DNA from: Verrucomicrobiia bacterium
GTDB taxonomy: Bacteria > Verrucomicrobiota > Verrucomicrobiia > Limisphaerales > UBA1319
Length of the DNA stretch: 64,000 bases
NCBI GenBank assembly: GCA_963664225.1
Contig: OY760937.1
Location: 3,808,001-3,872,000, forward strand
Reading direction: 5' to 3'
Part shown: in pieces, positions 62,476 through 64,000 of the stretch
Layout of the letters: each line of letters starts with the position of its first letter
Numbering within the stretch: position 1 is the first letter of the stretch
The notes under the pieces: generated by a model
The model's database searches: none
The model's input: only the letters and a program-made list of their open reading frames with translations
Told to the model about the DNA's origin: nothing
Position numbers and translations under genes: made by a program

Positions 62476-62705
62476 CGGTCGTCCTTTCATATCTGACTTT
62501 TGCCGGACCCTCAATCGGCTCCCGTCCATTCCCGAAACTCTAGCTATATTTATTTCGTATATACTCAAATGCCCTTTTAAAGGGCTTTTTCGCTTGCCGA
62601 AGAATTCTGTCATGCACCCGAACCAAACCGCGGCGACCGTTTTCTTTTTACTTTTTCCATGGTTCCCTCGACTATTGCTGGAAATCGAATTTGGGAGAAC
62701 CTGCA

Positions 62706-63992
62706 ATGAATAGACAACTCATCCACCCTCGCGACGAGATCATGCGCACGATGGAACGCATCTATCGGTATCGCATGACCACAACTTCCGGCGGAAACCT
62801 GTCGATTCACGAACCAGGTGGCGACATCTGGATCACACCTGCCCGGGTGGACAAGGGTAGTCTGACGCGCAATGACATCGTCCGTGTCACGCCCGAGGGC
62901 GTGGTGGACGGTCTGCATCCGCCGTCCTCAGAATTTCCATTTCATCAGGCGGTGTATGCCGCCCGGCCTGACATTCGCGCGGTGGTTCATGCGCACCCGG
63001 TTGCCCTGGTAGCGTTCAGCATCTGTCGCAAGACGCCCGACACGCGCTTGTTTCATCAGGCGCACTCCGTGTGCGGGCGGATCGGTTTCGCCCCTTATGC
63101 CTTGCCTGGCAGCGCGCAACTGGGACGCAACATCGCCCAGGCCTTCAAGGCTGGCTGTGACAGTGTCATTCTCGAGAATCACGGCGTGGTGGTTGGCGGC
63201 GAGTCTCTGTCGCACGCCTTCCAACGCTTCGAGGCCTTCGAGTTTGCGGCGAAAACGGTGATCAAGGGCCGGCAGATTGGGGAGGTGCGTTACCTGTCTG
63301 AGGCCCAACTCGAACAGGCGCACAACCGCAGTGTCGCTTTGGAATCCTTTGAGCCCGCCCCACCCAATGCCCAGGAACAGGAGTTGCGGAGGCAGTTGCA
63401 TCTGTTTATGCGCCGTGGCTGCCGCCAGCGTCTGTTCATCAGCACCGAAGGCAGTTTCTCCGCGCGACTCGGCGAGGATTCGTTTCTGATCACGCCAACC
63501 CAGCGGGATCGCGAATCCCTCGAGATTTCCGACTTCGTGCTGGTCCAGGGCAATCATCGTGAGACTGGCAAGAAGGCCAGCCGCGCCGCCTTCGCGCACC
63601 AGGCCATTTACCGCCGCCATCCGCACGTTCAGGCCATCGTTTTCGCTCATCCGGTCAACGCCACCGCCTTTAGCGTGACGGACTCTGTCTTCGATACCCG
63701 GACGATTCCCGAAAGTTACGTATTCCTCCGTGACGTGCGGCGCGTCCCTTATGGCATACAGTATCTGCACGACGGCAGCATTGCGGATTATGTGACTGCC
63801 GCCTCACCGGCCGCCATTCTGGAGAACGATGGAGTTTTGGTGACCGGGGCCAGCGTGCTGGACGCCTTTGACCGGCTCGAAGTGCTCGAATCCACGGCCG
63901 AAGCCGTCATCAACGCCCACGCGATCGGCGAAGTATCCGCCATGCCGGACGCTGTGATCTGCGAACTCCGTGCGGCATTTAAGATCGGATAA
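62706..63992 (+). CDS. Class II aldolase/adducin protein with two tandem domains (fuculose/rhamnulose-phosphate aldolase-like)
   Basis: GGNLS, PSSE..FH, HAHP, LENHG; the second copy has FAHP and LENDG. Confidence 0.85.
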   Translation: MNRQLIHPRDEIMRTMERIYRYRMTTTSGGNLSIHEPGGDIWITPARVDKGSLTRNDIVRVTPEGVVDGLHPPSSEFPFHQAVYAARPDIRAVVHAHPVALVAFSICRKTPDTRLFHQAHSVCGRIGFAPYALPGSAQLGRNIAQAFKAGCDSVILENHGVVVGGESLSHAFQRFEAFEFAAKTVIKGRQIGEVRYLSEAQLEQAHNRSVALESFEPAPPNAQEQELRRQLHLFMRRGCRQRLFISTEGSFSARLGEDSFLITPTQRDRESLEISDFVLVQGNHRETGKKASRAAFAHQAIYRRHPHVQAIVFAHPVNATAFSVTDSVFDTRTIPESYVFLRDVRRVPYGIQYLHDGSIADYVTAASPAAILENDGVLVTGASVLDAFDRLEVLESTAEAVINAHAIGEVSAMPDAVICELRAAFKIG

Positions 63993-64000
63993 TGCAACAG

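Overview
The window has two parts, and gene and protein style suggest a Verrucomicrobiota host (inference). Part one (1-~29,250) is the end of a defence-rich genomic island that stops at a truncated 5' half of a tRNA(CAT) gene with att-like motifs. It holds a compact, rearranged MADS/DptFGH-like operon: a frameshifted mad1-like HTH gene, a kinase-less Mad6-like ATPase, a Mad7-like protein, an m6A methyltransferase fused to a single specificity domain, and a >1,300-aa Mad8-like nuclease ORF that runs off the window and is missing from the ORF track. It also holds a frameshifted IS4, a Rep-like initiator with iterons, an HNH-like protein, a Schlafen/AlbA_2 fusion, and a Type I R-M operon with rhuM, Sir2-HerA and an ApeA-like HEPN gene embedded in it; the HEPN gene is flanked by a duplicated hsdR 5' end. 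Part two (29,300-64,000) looks like host chromosome: ilvBN with a Val-rich attenuator, a beta-barrel/cytochrome c pair with a Fur-like box, glycoside hydrolases (two GH2, GH5, GH127), a PPC-repeat surface protein, a group II Mo-nitrogenase cluster (nifA-H-I1-I2-D-K-mop-GNAT-E-N-B-fdx-V-hypothetical) and a tandem class II aldolase. All family calls come from recognising motifs by eye; no searches were run.
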